A stretch of DNA of 64,000 nucleotides from Polyangiales bacterium. Its GTDB lineage: Bacteria > Myxococcota_A > Polyangia > Polyangiales > Polyangiaceae. The position numbers were made by a program, and so were the translations under genes. The notes beneath the pieces were generated by a model that did not search any database, was not told the origin of the DNA, and saw only the letters and a program-made list of their open reading frames with translations. Positions 21,768 through 30,829 of this stretch are shown here, piece after piece. The first letter of the stretch is position 1. Every line of letters starts with the position of its first letter. Location: NCBI GenBank assembly GCA_038231275.1, contig JBBRLQ010000006.1, positions 64,001 through 128,000 of the forward strand. The letters run 5' to 3'.

Positions 21768-21801
21768 GAGTTGATTATTTATTAAATAGTCAATTCGTCA
21801 A
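21768..21801 (-). promoter_or_regulatory. sigma70-type promoter (TTGACG-16-AATAAT) overlapped by an inverted repeat, probable TetR operator
   Basis: TTGATTATTT-att-AAATAGTCAA at 21771-21793; the -10 element lies 6 nt before the ATG. Confidence 0.7.
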
Positions 21802-21808
21802 GACTGAA

Positions 21809-21872
21809 CCGACTCCGACTCCGACTCCGACTCCGACTCCGACTCCGACTCCGACTCCGACTCCGACTCCGA
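21809..21872. repeat. intergenic (CCGACT)10+ microsatellite
   Basis: Ten perfect units plus CCGA, outside any plausible CDS. Confidence 0.95.
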
Positions 21873-21877
21873 GGGAC

Positions 21878-23728
21878 TCAGCGGCGAACGACGAGGAGGC
21901 TCTTTCCCGAGCTACGATCTCCGCTGCTTCCGCCTCGCAGTCCGATGCTCACGCGCGCCGTCGCGGCGTCGGCGGTCCGGCCGAGGCCGTCCTTGCGATC
22001 GTGCAGGCGACACGGCGTCGGGGGATCCGCGCCGACCGTGACCGCCACGTTCGCGCCGTCGCGCTCGACGTGGAGCGTGCTGGTGCCGTCGGGGACCACG
22101 ATCGGGCACGTCCCGCCGCCGACCTCGAGCTCGACGCCCGCATCGTCGCGGAGGACGACGATCGGCGCCGGGCCGGTCACCGTGAGGTCGAGCGCGAAGG
22201 CGGCGAACGTCGCGTCGGTGAGGAATGCGCTCGCGCCGGTGTCGAGGAGGAGCCCGCGATCGGGCGAGAAGGTGATCGGCGTGGCGCTGCGGGACACCAG
22301 ACGGTCGGGCGACATGAACGCGGTCGAATTGGCGAGGAGCGGCCCGCGCACCGAGTCCGTCGTGTAGGCGCCGCGCGCGTCGAAACGAAGGCCGGACAGC
22401 GTCGCGTGACCGTTGTTCGTGGAGAGCCACGCGGCGAGCCCCAAATCCGGCGACACCAGCGCGTCGCGATCGGGGCCGCCTCCGCTCGCCACCTCCGCCA
22501 TCAACCCGAACTCGCCGAGCCACGGCTGCCACCTCAGCCACCGGTCGCCCGTGTAGAGCACCGGGGAGCCGGCGTTTCCGGGGAAGAGGCGCGCCGCCTT
22601 CAGCTCGCCGGCGATCGACGTCGCGGGATCGGCGGTGCGGTCCGCGGAGATGACCCAGACGTTCTTGAAATCCGGCGCGGGGCTCGTCGGCGCCAAGACC
22701 GCGAGCGCGCCGCCGCCAGGAAGCGCCGCGACGCCGAGCGACGCCGCCGCGGGCAAGAGGCGCGTCTGCTTGTGCTCGCGCGCGTCGAACGACAGCCACT
22801 CGAGGGAGCCTATTGGCGAGCCTTGATCGTCGACTCCGCCCGCGACGAGGATCTCTCCGTTCGCGAGGCGGAGGACGATCGGCCTCGAACGCGGCGTGTC
22901 GAGGTGCGTGAGGCCCGCCGTCCGGTACCGTCGCGTCTTGGGGTCGACGATCTCCAGCGTCGCGAGCGCGCCGCGATTTCCCGTCCCGCCGACCAGCAGC
23001 GTCTCGCCCGTCGCGAGCACGACGGCGCCATGCACCGCGCGCCCCTCCGAGAGCAGGATCGGCGCGCCGTCGAAGTCGGCTCCCGTGAAGACCTCCGCCG
23101 ACGCGAGCAGCTCTCCGCTGTCGGGCCTCACGCCTCCGGCGACGAGCGCGCCGTCGCCGAACGCCGTCACCGTCGCGCGCGCGCGAGGTACCAGGAGATC
23201 GGCGAGAAGCTTCGTCTGTACGCCGGTCGTCAGATCGGCAACGAACGAGGCGGGCACCACGCTGTCCGCCGCGCCGCCGGCGACGAGGACACGCCGCCCG
23301 TCGAGCGCGCCGATCGCCGCGTCGGTTCGGTCGCGGAGGGGCTCGGCGGGCTGTGACAGCGCGCAGCCTCCGGTGGACGGCCAGAGCAGCACGTCGACGT
23401 CGCCGCTCGTCGCCACGTCCGCGCGCCCCCTCCAGAAGAGGAGGCCGGCCGCGTCTGCGGTCACGGCGACGCCGAGCTCCCGCGTGCCCAGCGGCATCGC
23501 CGCGAGCGTCGCGCCGATCTGGTCGAGGAAGATCTGGCCGTTCACCTCCGACGACGATTTCGGCTGAAAATCCCCGGCGGCGAAGAGGAGCGCGTACGGC
23601 GACGCTCCGACCTGACAGCTCACCGGCGAATGGAACGTGACGGTGCGCGTGTCCACGCTCGGTGCGTCGGCGCACGCGACGACGGCGGCCGCCGCGACGA
23701 CGAGCATCCGGAGCTTGGGACCGACCAC
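21878..23728 (-). CDS. Kelch/beta-propeller repeat lipoprotein
   Basis: VVAC lipobox; repeated 'R...vLvAGG' Kelch-like motifs. Confidence 0.8.
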   Translation of the reverse strand: MVGPKLRMLVVAAAAVVACADAPSVDTRTVTFHSPVSCQVGASPYALLFAAGDFQPKSSSEVNGQIFLDQIGATLAAMPLGTRELGVAVTADAAGLLFWRGRADVATSGDVDVLLWPSTGGCALSQPAEPLRDRTDAAIGALDGRRVLVAGGAADSVVPASFVADLTTGVQTKLLADLLVPRARATVTAFGDGALVAGGVRPDSGELLASAEVFTGADFDGAPILLSEGRAVHGAVVLATGETLLVGGTGNRGALATLEIVDPKTRRYRTAGLTHLDTPRSRPIVLRLANGEILVAGGVDDQGSPIGSLEWLSFDAREHKQTRLLPAAASLGVAALPGGGALAVLAPTSPAPDFKNVWVISADRTADPATSIAGELKAARLFPGNAGSPVLYTGDRWLRWQPWLGEFGLMAEVASGGGPDRDALVSPDLGLAAWLSTNNGHATLSGLRFDARGAYTTDSVRGPLLANSTAFMSPDRLVSRSATPITFSPDRGLLLDTGASAFLTDATFAAFALDLTVTGPAPIVVLRDDAGVELEVGGGTCPIVVPDGTSTLHVERDGANVAVTVGADPPTPCRLHDRKDGLGRTADAATARVSIGLRGGSSGDRSSGKSLLVVRR

Positions 23729-23846
23729 GCAGCCATCATACGTCCCCGCGCCATCCGAGAGCCACGACCCGATGTACGACCAAGTAGGATGCGCTCTGCG
23801 CGAGGTTTTGGGGGCCATCTCCCTCGTATGCGATAATGGAGGGGCC

Positions 23847-25529
23847 GTGTTCCCTCAGGTGTTCGGCAAATACATCCTCGAGCGCGAGCTCTCGCGCGGG
23901 GGAATGGCGCGTGTCCTGCTCGCGACGCTGCGCGGCGCGGGCGGCTTCGAGAAGCGTCTCGTGGTGAAGCAGATCCGCGAGGAGCTCTGCACCGACCAAC
24001 AGTTCGTCAGTCGCTTCGTCGAAGAGGCGAAGACGACCGTCGCGCTCAGCCACCCGAACATCGTGCCCGTGTACGAGCTCGGCGTGGAGCAAGGGACGTA
24101 TTTCCTCGCGATGGAGCTCGTCGACGGCGTGACCGTGCACGAGCTCATGAAGGGTGGCGAGGACAAGCGCCGGAGGCTCACGCCCGAGCAGGGCGCGTAC
24201 ATCGGCGTCGAGGTTTGCCGCGCGCTCGACTACGCGCACCGGCGCATGCAGGTCGTCCACCGCGACATCACGCCGAGGAACGTGATGCTCGACGAGGAGG
24301 GGCAGGTCAAGGTGATCGACTTCGGGATCGCCGCGCCCGCGCGCGTCGCAGGTCACGAGGTCTTCGGCTCACCGGGGCACATGCCGCCCGAGCAGATCGA
24401 CGGGCACGAGCTGGGGCCGGCGACCGATCTCTTCGCGGTCGCCGTGCTGCTGATGGAAGCGTGGAGCGGCGACGCGCCGTTTCGTCGCGCGACGGAGGCG
24501 GAGTGCGAGCAAGCGATGCGCGCGCCGCACCCCAAGCCGAGCGACGTCGATCCTCGTCTCTTGCCGCTCGACGACGTCATTCGCAGGGCGATGTCGCTCG
24601 ATCCGGCGGAGCGCCCCAAGGACGCCGACGAGCTCGGGCGCGCGCTGCGAAAATTCCTGGTGGGCATCGACGCCGCCGATCTGGCGCGCGATCTCGGCGC
24701 GCACGTCCGCTCCGCGCGCAAGGCGCTGTCGAGGAAACGGGCCAAGCTGGGGATGCCTGGCTACGAGTGGAAGCCGTCGCAGCCGAGCATCGCCGAGTTC
24801 GGCACCAAGACGTTCGCCGCGCGCGAGGAGGTGAGGGCCTGGAAGAGCGAGGCGCCTCCGCCGCTGAACAGCGCGTCCGACGGCCCTTCTACGCGCCAGA
24901 TGGCGACGAGCGAGCCGCCCATGCCCGCGGCCGATCTCGCGCCGCCGTCGGACAAGGACGAGCCCGAGACGATCGCCACGCGTCCGCTGGAGACGCCGGT
25001 GAACCTCGCCCCGCAGCGCCCGAGCCTCCCGTCGCCCACGCGCACGCGCGCGCTCCTCGCCGGCGCAGGGATCCTCGCCCTCGCGGCGACGCTGCTCCTC
25101 GCGGTCCGCGCAGGCTCGCGCCCGAAAGACACGGGAGGGCAGCCGATAGGGACGGCGTCGACACCGACCACGGCGTCGGCTCCGACTCCGACTCCGACTC
25201 CGACTCCGATTCCGACTCCGATTCCGACTCCGACTCCGACTCCGAACGGCACGGTCCAGCCCTCGCCGTCGGCGAGCGCGCCGGTGGCGGGCAAAGCACA
25301 CCTCGCGCTCTTCGGGGATCCGGGCACACTCGTCTCCGTCGATGGGCGCGCGCGCGGCGGGGTGCCGGTCGGCGATCTCGCGCTCGATCCGGGCACGCAC
25401 GACGTCCTCTTCACGTTCGAGGCGACCGGCGAGCGCCGCGGCGATCGCATCACGCTCTCCGCGGGTGAGAAGGTCCGCCTGCGGGCCGACTTCACGGGCG
25501 CGGTACCGACGATCCGCGTCGAGCGCTGA
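23847..25529 (+). CDS. membrane Ser/Thr protein kinase with C-terminal PEGA-like domain
   Basis: RGGMA, VVKQI, HRDITPRN and DFG motifs; TM helix; PT linker; 'VSVDG...LDPGTHDV'. Confidence 0.93.
   Translation: MFPQVFGKYILERELSRGGMARVLLATLRGAGGFEKRLVVKQIREELCTDQQFVSRFVEEAKTTVALSHPNIVPVYELGVEQGTYFLAMELVDGVTVHELMKGGEDKRRRLTPEQGAYIGVEVCRALDYAHRRMQVVHRDITPRNVMLDEEGQVKVIDFGIAAPARVAGHEVFGSPGHMPPEQIDGHELGPATDLFAVAVLLMEAWSGDAPFRRATEAECEQAMRAPHPKPSDVDPRLLPLDDVIRRAMSLDPAERPKDADELGRALRKFLVGIDAADLARDLGAHVRSARKALSRKRAKLGMPGYEWKPSQPSIAEFGTKTFAAREEVRAWKSEAPPPLNSASDGPSTRQMATSEPPMPAADLAPPSDKDEPETIATRPLETPVNLAPQRPSLPSPTRTRALLAGAGILALAATLLLAVRAGSRPKDTGGQPIGTASTPTTASAPTPTPTPTPIPTPIPTPTPTPNGTVQPSPSASAPVAGKAHLALFGDPGTLVSVDGRARGGVPVGDLALDPGTHDVLFTFEATGERRGDRITLSAGEKVRLRADFTGAVPTIRVER
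25181..25245. repeat. (CCGACT)n array encoding Pro-Thr
   Basis: Read directly; two units vary to CCGATT. Confidence 0.92.
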
Positions 25530-25600
25530 AGTGGAGCGAAGCGCAGCGGAGCGAAACGTTCCTGACGGAAAGGGCTGACCGGCTTTTCCAGTCAGCCCTT
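25527..25600 (+). repeat. TGA-anchored intergenic repeat, copy 2, with distal hairpin
   Basis: TGAAGTGGAGCGAAGCGCAGCGGAGCGAAACGTTCCTGAC followed by stem-loop 25570-25600. Confidence 0.9.
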
Positions 25601-25610
25601 GAGGGCGGGG

Positions 25611-27026
25611 TCAGAGGAAGGCGGCGAGCGCCGTCAGGACGTCAGCGCGCGAGGGTGCAACGGGAGGCGCAACGACCGGAGCGGCGGCGACCGCGGCGCG
25701 TGCGTCCGCGAGGAGCGCAGCGTCGCCGAGCAGGGTCGCGGCGGGATCCAGCAAGGACGAGAAGCGCGAGGCGGCGCGGAAGAAGCGCGGATCGAGCATC
25801 GCCGCGGCTTGCACCGCGCGGAATGCCTCCGCGCACGGCACGTCGCCACCCGACATCGGCTCGCCCCGCCACGCGCGCGTCCTCACCCGATCGACCTCCA
25901 TCGACACGCGCCAACGCCCTTCGTTCTCGGCCGCGACGCGTGCGTGGTAGTCCAGCGCGAGCGCGCGCGCGTCGCGAGGCTCGCGCTCGAGCGCATCGGC
26001 GAGCGCGAACGCGTGCTCCATGCCGAGCGCCATCCCCCACCCGTACACCGCGTTCGTGTGGCAAAGCGTGTCGCCGATCGGAACGATCCCCGTCGCCACC
26101 GGCTCTTCGTCCTGCACCAGCGCGCGCAGCACGTTTTGCAGCCCTCCCATCGGGAGTACCGGAGAGATCGCGGCGGCGGTCGCCGGCGCGACCCACGGCG
26201 CGAACGGCGGGAGCGCCGCGCACATCGCCTCGAACGCGGCGTCGTGCCGGATGACGCGGAGGTCGCGCTCGTCGACAGGGAGACCGAGCGTGATCGCGAA
26301 GACGCCGCGGTCGGCGAGGTGCACGATCGCGAGGGCGTAGGGGAGCTCCGCGCGCGGCCCCCAGAGCCAGCGCCCTCGCGGAAACGACGCCGCTTCACGG
26401 AGCGCGTAGTACCGCGAGTAATAGACGAGGCCGCACGGCTCGACGCGCGCCTCGGGCACGTTCGCACCCGCGTCGCGCAGCCATCCCCACATCGGCGCGC
26501 GCCGGCCGCTCGCGTCGATCACGAGATCGGAAGCGAGCTCTTCGCCCGTCTCGGTGACGAGTCCCTGCACGCGCGGGCAACCGCCATCGTCCGCCGCGAA
26601 GAGGAGCCCGCGCACGCCGACCCCCGCGCGGATCGTCAGCCTCGGCTCCATTGCCGCGGCCTCCCACAAGGCCGATTCGAGCAGCGGCCGGCGGCAGAAG
26701 AGGACGCGCAGATCGTCGTCGGCGGGTATGCGCGCGCCTCCGGGCACGAACGCGCCCATGTCGAATTCGGTCGCGCCGGCGTCATGGAAGCGCGCGAGGA
26801 GATCCGGCGCCCGGTCCCGCAAGAGAACGCGTGCCCGCGACATCAAGCCGTGCGGAAGGAGCGTCTGAGGCGTTCCCTTCCGATCCCAAGCGGTGAAGAC
26901 GTCCGCCGCGACGAGCGGCGCCGGCCGCGGATCCTTCTCGACGAGGGAGACCTCGTGCCCACGGCGCGCCAGGACGATCGCCGCGAGGAGCCCGCTCGTT
27001 CCGGCCCCCACGACGACGATTCTCAT
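25611..27026 (-). CDS. FAD-dependent oxidoreductase/monooxygenase
   Basis: VVGAGTSG Rossmann motif, DLVIDASG, IGD...TNAVYGWGM. Confidence 0.88.
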   Translation of the reverse strand: MRIVVVGAGTSGLLAAIVLARRGHEVSLVEKDPRPAPLVAADVFTAWDRKGTPQTLLPHGLMSRARVLLRDRAPDLLARFHDAGATEFDMGAFVPGGARIPADDDLRVLFCRRPLLESALWEAAAMEPRLTIRAGVGVRGLLFAADDGGCPRVQGLVTETGEELASDLVIDASGRRAPMWGWLRDAGANVPEARVEPCGLVYYSRYYALREAASFPRGRWLWGPRAELPYALAIVHLADRGVFAITLGLPVDERDLRVIRHDAAFEAMCAALPPFAPWVAPATAAAISPVLPMGGLQNVLRALVQDEEPVATGIVPIGDTLCHTNAVYGWGMALGMEHAFALADALEREPRDARALALDYHARVAAENEGRWRVSMEVDRVRTRAWRGEPMSGGDVPCAEAFRAVQAAAMLDPRFFRAASRFSSLLDPAATLLGDAALLADARAAVAAAPVVAPPVAPSRADVLTALAAFL

Positions 27027-27108
27027 CGGCTGAGGTTACCCCGGAATGGCGCTGCCGCGACGCCGTCGGAAGCTGCTAGTCTCCCGCCCAACAACAGAGG
27101 AACCAACC

Positions 27109-27609
27109 ATGATCAAAGTCGGTGAACGCATCCCTGACGCAACCCTCAGCGAATCGACGGAGTTCGGCGAGGCCTGTCCGGTGTCCCCCAAGACCTTCTC
27201 GGTCGCCGAGGCGACCAAGGGCAAGCGCATCGTCATTTTCGGGCTCCCCGGCGCGTACACGCCGACGTGCTCGGCCAAGCACGTCCCCGGCTACGTGAAG
27301 AACCTCGACGCCCTCAAGGCCAGGAAGGTCGACGAAGTGTGGTGCGTCGCCGTCAACGACGGCTACGTCATGGCGGCGTGGGGCAAGGAGCAGGGCGCCA
27401 TCGGCAAGTTGCGCATGCTCGGCGACGGCAGCGCGGAGCTCACCAAGAAGCTCGGCGTCGAGGTCGATCTCGCGAAGGCCGGCATGGGCGTCCGCATGCA
27501 GCGCTTCTCGATGCTCGTCGACGACGGCGTGGTGAAGCAATTCAACCTCGAGGCCCCCGGCAAGTTCGAGATCAGCAACGCCGAGACGATGCTCAGCCAG
27601 CTGGGCTGA
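27109..27609 (+). CDS. peroxiredoxin (Prx5/redoxin family)
   Basis: PGAYTPTCS..HVPGY, VNDGYVM.AW and R..RFSM motifs; AGAGG ribosome-binding site. Confidence 0.95.
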   Translation: MIKVGERIPDATLSESTEFGEACPVSPKTFSVAEATKGKRIVIFGLPGAYTPTCSAKHVPGYVKNLDALKARKVDEVWCVAVNDGYVMAAWGKEQGAIGKLRMLGDGSAELTKKLGVEVDLAKAGMGVRMQRFSMLVDDGVVKQFNLEAPGKFEISNAETMLSQLG

Positions 27610-27621
27610 GGAGACCCTCGA

Positions 27622-28179
27622 TCACTTGGAGGGTCCGTAGATCGTCGTCGTGGTGTGCTCGAGGCTGAGGAGGTTCGGCGACCCTCCGGTCTGAAGCATG
27701 TACCCGCTGCCGTTCATCGAGGTGTTGTCGAGGACCCCGCCCTGCCACGAGCTTCCCCCGACGACGTCCTGCATCGTGGTGCCGGCGGGGGAATCCGGAT
27801 AGGAGTAGGCGTCCCACGACGCCGCGCCCCATCCGGGCTGGCTGACCCCGTATCCGACCGACGACGCCGTGAACGTGTTTCCATTCGTGTCGGTGCAGAC
27901 CAATGCGGAGTCGCTGACGACGCCAAAGCTACGGGTCGCAGATGTGCACGTCCCGAGCTTGGTGCCGAGGCCTTGGCTCTTCGCCTTTTTGTCCTGCTTG
28001 TCCTTCGCCTTCTTGCAGCTTTTGCAATCGCTCGGGTAGTCGAAGCGCGCGGGCGTGATGTTGCCGGGGGCGCCGGGCGTGTACTGCGCCGGCACGTAGG
28101 CCCCGCCCGGAGAGGCGCCCTGCAAGAACCCGGGGGTGTACGAGTAACCGCCATCGGGGGTGTCGCTCCAGGTTCCCAT
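27622..28179 (-). CDS. hypothetical protein
   Basis: 185-aa ORF with natural-looking composition, preceded by GGAGAG; no recognised family. Confidence 0.6.
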   Translation of the reverse strand: MGTWSDTPDGGYSYTPGFLQGASPGGAYVPAQYTPGAPGNITPARFDYPSDCKSCKKAKDKQDKKAKSQGLGTKLGTCTSATRSFGVVSDSALVCTDTNGNTFTASSVGYGVSQPGWGAASWDAYSYPDSPAGTTMQDVVGGSSWQGGVLDNTSMNGSGYMLQTGGSPNLLSLEHTTTTIYGPSK

Positions 28180-28229
28180 CGGCGCTCTCTCCTACGCGTT
28201 CTCTGCGTTCACGATTCGCGGTCTGCGCG

Positions 28230-28856
28230 TCAACTCTGACGGAACCCCGGCATTGGAACTTTGTAGTCGGGCTCGGGCACAGGCGCGACGGCCGCGGGCT
28301 CTAGCGGCGCCGGCGGCCGCGATCCTCTCGGCGGTGACTCGGGCGGCCGCCCGGGGATTTGAAGGCTCTGCAGGATTTTTCCGAGCGCCTGGCGCATCGT
28401 CGCGGACTGCGCCTCGGGCCCCGAGATATTGAAGACGGAGACCCTTCGCTCGGGGTCGTCGAGGGGGTCGAGAAGAGCGAGGTATTGCTCGAACGTCCCC
28501 CCTTCCATCGCGAGCCGGAACCGGAAGACCATGCCCGACCGCCCTGCGACCTCCACGTTGTTGACCTCTTGCAGCTCGAACCCCGGAATCTCTTTCCCGA
28601 GGGTCACGAGCACCTGCGCCGCGTGCGTCCACAACGTGTCGGTCGGTGCGATCCTGTCGCGCGCGACCTTGAGGATGAGCGGCGAGCCCGACTCTGCGCC
28701 AGGACCGCGCGCGACGAACGTGGTGGCGTCCTCCCAATCCAGGGGCAGCGCGAACGAAACGCCCGCGCACTCGTAGCGCTGCGCGCGCTTGGCCGCGGCG
28801 CCCTCTGAGGGAACGGGTGCAGCGCTGCCGGCGTTCGGTGCGATCGTTCCGGTCAC
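28230..28856 (-). CDS. DcrB/DUF1795-like (Mog1p/PsbP-fold) protein
   Basis: 'FALPLDWEDATT...KEIPGFEL...EVAGRSG' pattern; start approximate. Confidence 0.6.
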   Translation of the reverse strand: MTGTIAPNAGSAAPVPSEGAAAKRAQRYECAGVSFALPLDWEDATTFVARGPGAESGSPLILKVARDRIAPTDTLWTHAAQVLVTLGKEIPGFELQEVNNVEVAGRSGMVFRFRLAMEGGTFEQYLALLDPLDDPERRVSVFNISGPEAQSATMRQALGKILQSLQIPGRPPESPPRGSRPPAPLEPAAVAPVPEPDYKVPMPGFRQS

Positions 28857-28962
28857 CCTCTGTGGTACGGCGCCGCCTGGACGAACTCCCTTCGGTGCCC
28901 CCGAGCGACTCCGCGGAGCCCGGTGGCACGCCGGCGCGTTCGGCGATAAGGTCCCGCCCACG

Positions 28963-30126
28963 ATGCCGGATTTTCTCGATCTCGCCCGCCATTTCACCCC
29001 CGAAGAGCGTCAGGTGCGGGACACCGTGCGCGCGTTCGTCGACGCGCGCGTGATGCCCGTGATCGCCGACCACTTCGAGAAGGGGACGTTCCCGAACGAT
29101 CTCATCCCCGAGATCGCGAAGCTCGGGCTACTTGGTTGCAATCTACAAGGATATGGCTGCGCTGGCCTCAGCGAGGTCGGCTACGGCCTCGCGATGCAAG
29201 AGCTGGAGCGCGGTGACTCCGGCATCCGCAGCTTCGCGAGCGTGCAGGGCGGGCTCGTCATGTACCCGATCCACGCCTTCGGCTCGGAGGCGCAAAAAGA
29301 GAAGTACCTCCCCAAGATGGCGAAGGGGGAGATCATCGGCTGCTTCGGTCTCACCGAGCCGGACTGGGGCTCGAACCCCAACGGCATGCGCACGGTGGCG
29401 AGGGACGACGGCGACTCGTTCGTCCTGAGCGGCACGAAGCGCTGGATCACCAACGGCAACCTCGCGCACGTCGCGCTCGTCTGGGCGAAGCTTGGCGGCG
29501 TCGAGGGGCCGGTGCACGGCTTCCTCGTGCCGACCGACGCGAAGGGCTTCGAAGCGAGGCCGATCCACAAGAAGATGAGCCTTCGCGCGAGCGTCACGAG
29601 CGAGCTGATCCTCGAGGACGTGCGGATCAAGAAAGATCAGATTTTGCCCGGCGTGAAGGGCATGAAGGGGCCGCTCTCGTGCCTCACCTCTGCGCGCTTC
29701 GGGATCGCGTGGGGCGTCATCGGCGCGATGACGGCGTGCTTCGACTGCGCCGTCGACTACGCCAAGCACCGTGTGCAGTTCGCAGGCAAGCCGATCGCGT
29801 CGCACCAGCTCGTGCAGGCCAAATTCGCGGAGATGCTCACGCAGATCACGACCGCACAGCTCTACGCGCTCGAGGTCGCGCGCCACAAGGCCGCCGGCAC
29901 GCTGCGCCCGCAGCACGTCAGCATGATCAAGCGGAGCAACGTCCGCTCCGCGCTCGAGATCGCGCGCACGTGCCGCGACATCCTCGGCGGCAATGGCATC
30001 ACGCTCGAGTACCCGATCATGCGCCACCTGATGAACCTCGAGACGGTCTCCACCTACGAGGGCACGCACGACGTGCACACGCTGATCCTCGGCCAGGACG
30101 TGACCGGGATCAGCGCGTTCGAGTAG
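28963..30126 (+). CDS. gcdH: acyl-CoA dehydrogenase, glutaryl-CoA dehydrogenase-like
   Basis: ERGDSGIRS, GCFGLTEPD.GS, GGNGI and TYEGTHDVHTLILG motifs. Confidence 0.85.
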   Translation: MPDFLDLARHFTPEERQVRDTVRAFVDARVMPVIADHFEKGTFPNDLIPEIAKLGLLGCNLQGYGCAGLSEVGYGLAMQELERGDSGIRSFASVQGGLVMYPIHAFGSEAQKEKYLPKMAKGEIIGCFGLTEPDWGSNPNGMRTVARDDGDSFVLSGTKRWITNGNLAHVALVWAKLGGVEGPVHGFLVPTDAKGFEARPIHKKMSLRASVTSELILEDVRIKKDQILPGVKGMKGPLSCLTSARFGIAWGVIGAMTACFDCAVDYAKHRVQFAGKPIASHQLVQAKFAEMLTQITTAQLYALEVARHKAAGTLRPQHVSMIKRSNVRSALEIARTCRDILGGNGITLEYPIMRHLMNLETVSTYEGTHDVHTLILGQDVTGISAFE

Positions 30127-30140
30127 CGGCGCGGACGCGC

Positions 30141-30179
30141 GTCAGGAGCGTTTTGCTCCGCTGCGCTCAACTCCACTCA
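30141..30179 (-). repeat. TGA-anchored intergenic repeat, copy 3
   Basis: Minus strand reads TGAGTGGAGTTGAGCGCAGCGGAGCAAAACGCTCCTGAC. Confidence 0.88.
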
Positions 30180-30641
30180 CCGCGCCGAGATGCCCTTGCA
30201 GCTCGAGTCGATCGTAACGCGCTTGGTCTGCGGCGTGACCTTCACGCTCGCCAGGCCGTTCTCTTGCTCGTCGATGATCCACACGGTGAGCGTGCCGTCG
30301 GAGCTCCGGCCCTGGCTCGACGTCGAGTTGCTGCTGACGCTCGACTTGGTGCCGCTGCCGAACTTCGGCTTGTCGCCGTAGAAGACGGGGACGGTCTTGC
30401 TGCAGTCACTGTGAATTTCCACCGTGGTCGGCACCGAAGCGGTCGGCGCGGAGGGAGCCTTCGGCGCGTTCGGCATGCTCGGCGCGGACGGGCCGGACGG
30501 GGCGTTCGCGAGCGGCGCGCCCGTCGTCTCGGGCAAGGAGCCGGTCGACGGCGCGGTCGGGGCGGCCGGCGGAGTGTACTGCGGCATCTGGCAACCGGCG
30601 GTGGCGAGGAGCGCGAACGATGCGAGCGTGGCGATGCGCAT
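30177..30641 (-). CDS. hypothetical lipoprotein
   Basis: TAGC lipobox, Pro-rich linker, small beta domain with two Cys. Confidence 0.75.
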   Translation of the reverse strand: MRIATLASFALLATAGCQMPQYTPPAAPTAPSTGSLPETTGAPLANAPSGPSAPSMPNAPKAPSAPTASVPTTVEIHSDCSKTVPVFYGDKPKFGSGTKSSVSSNSTSSQGRSSDGTLTVWIIDEQENGLASVKVTPQTKRVTIDSSCKGISAR

Positions 30642-30829
30642 GAGGATCTCTTTTTCGGTTCGGAGTTGCGATGCGACCCGTCGTACGTGCGCCTCGGGGG
30701 GATCTCCCTCCACTGGTCGAACGGGCAGGCGAAGATCCATCGGTCGCGCCGCGCGAACGTCGGCACGCCGTAATTTCAGCCTCGTAGGCGATGTGGGACA
30801 ATGGCATACATTTCGCAGTCAGACCGGTC

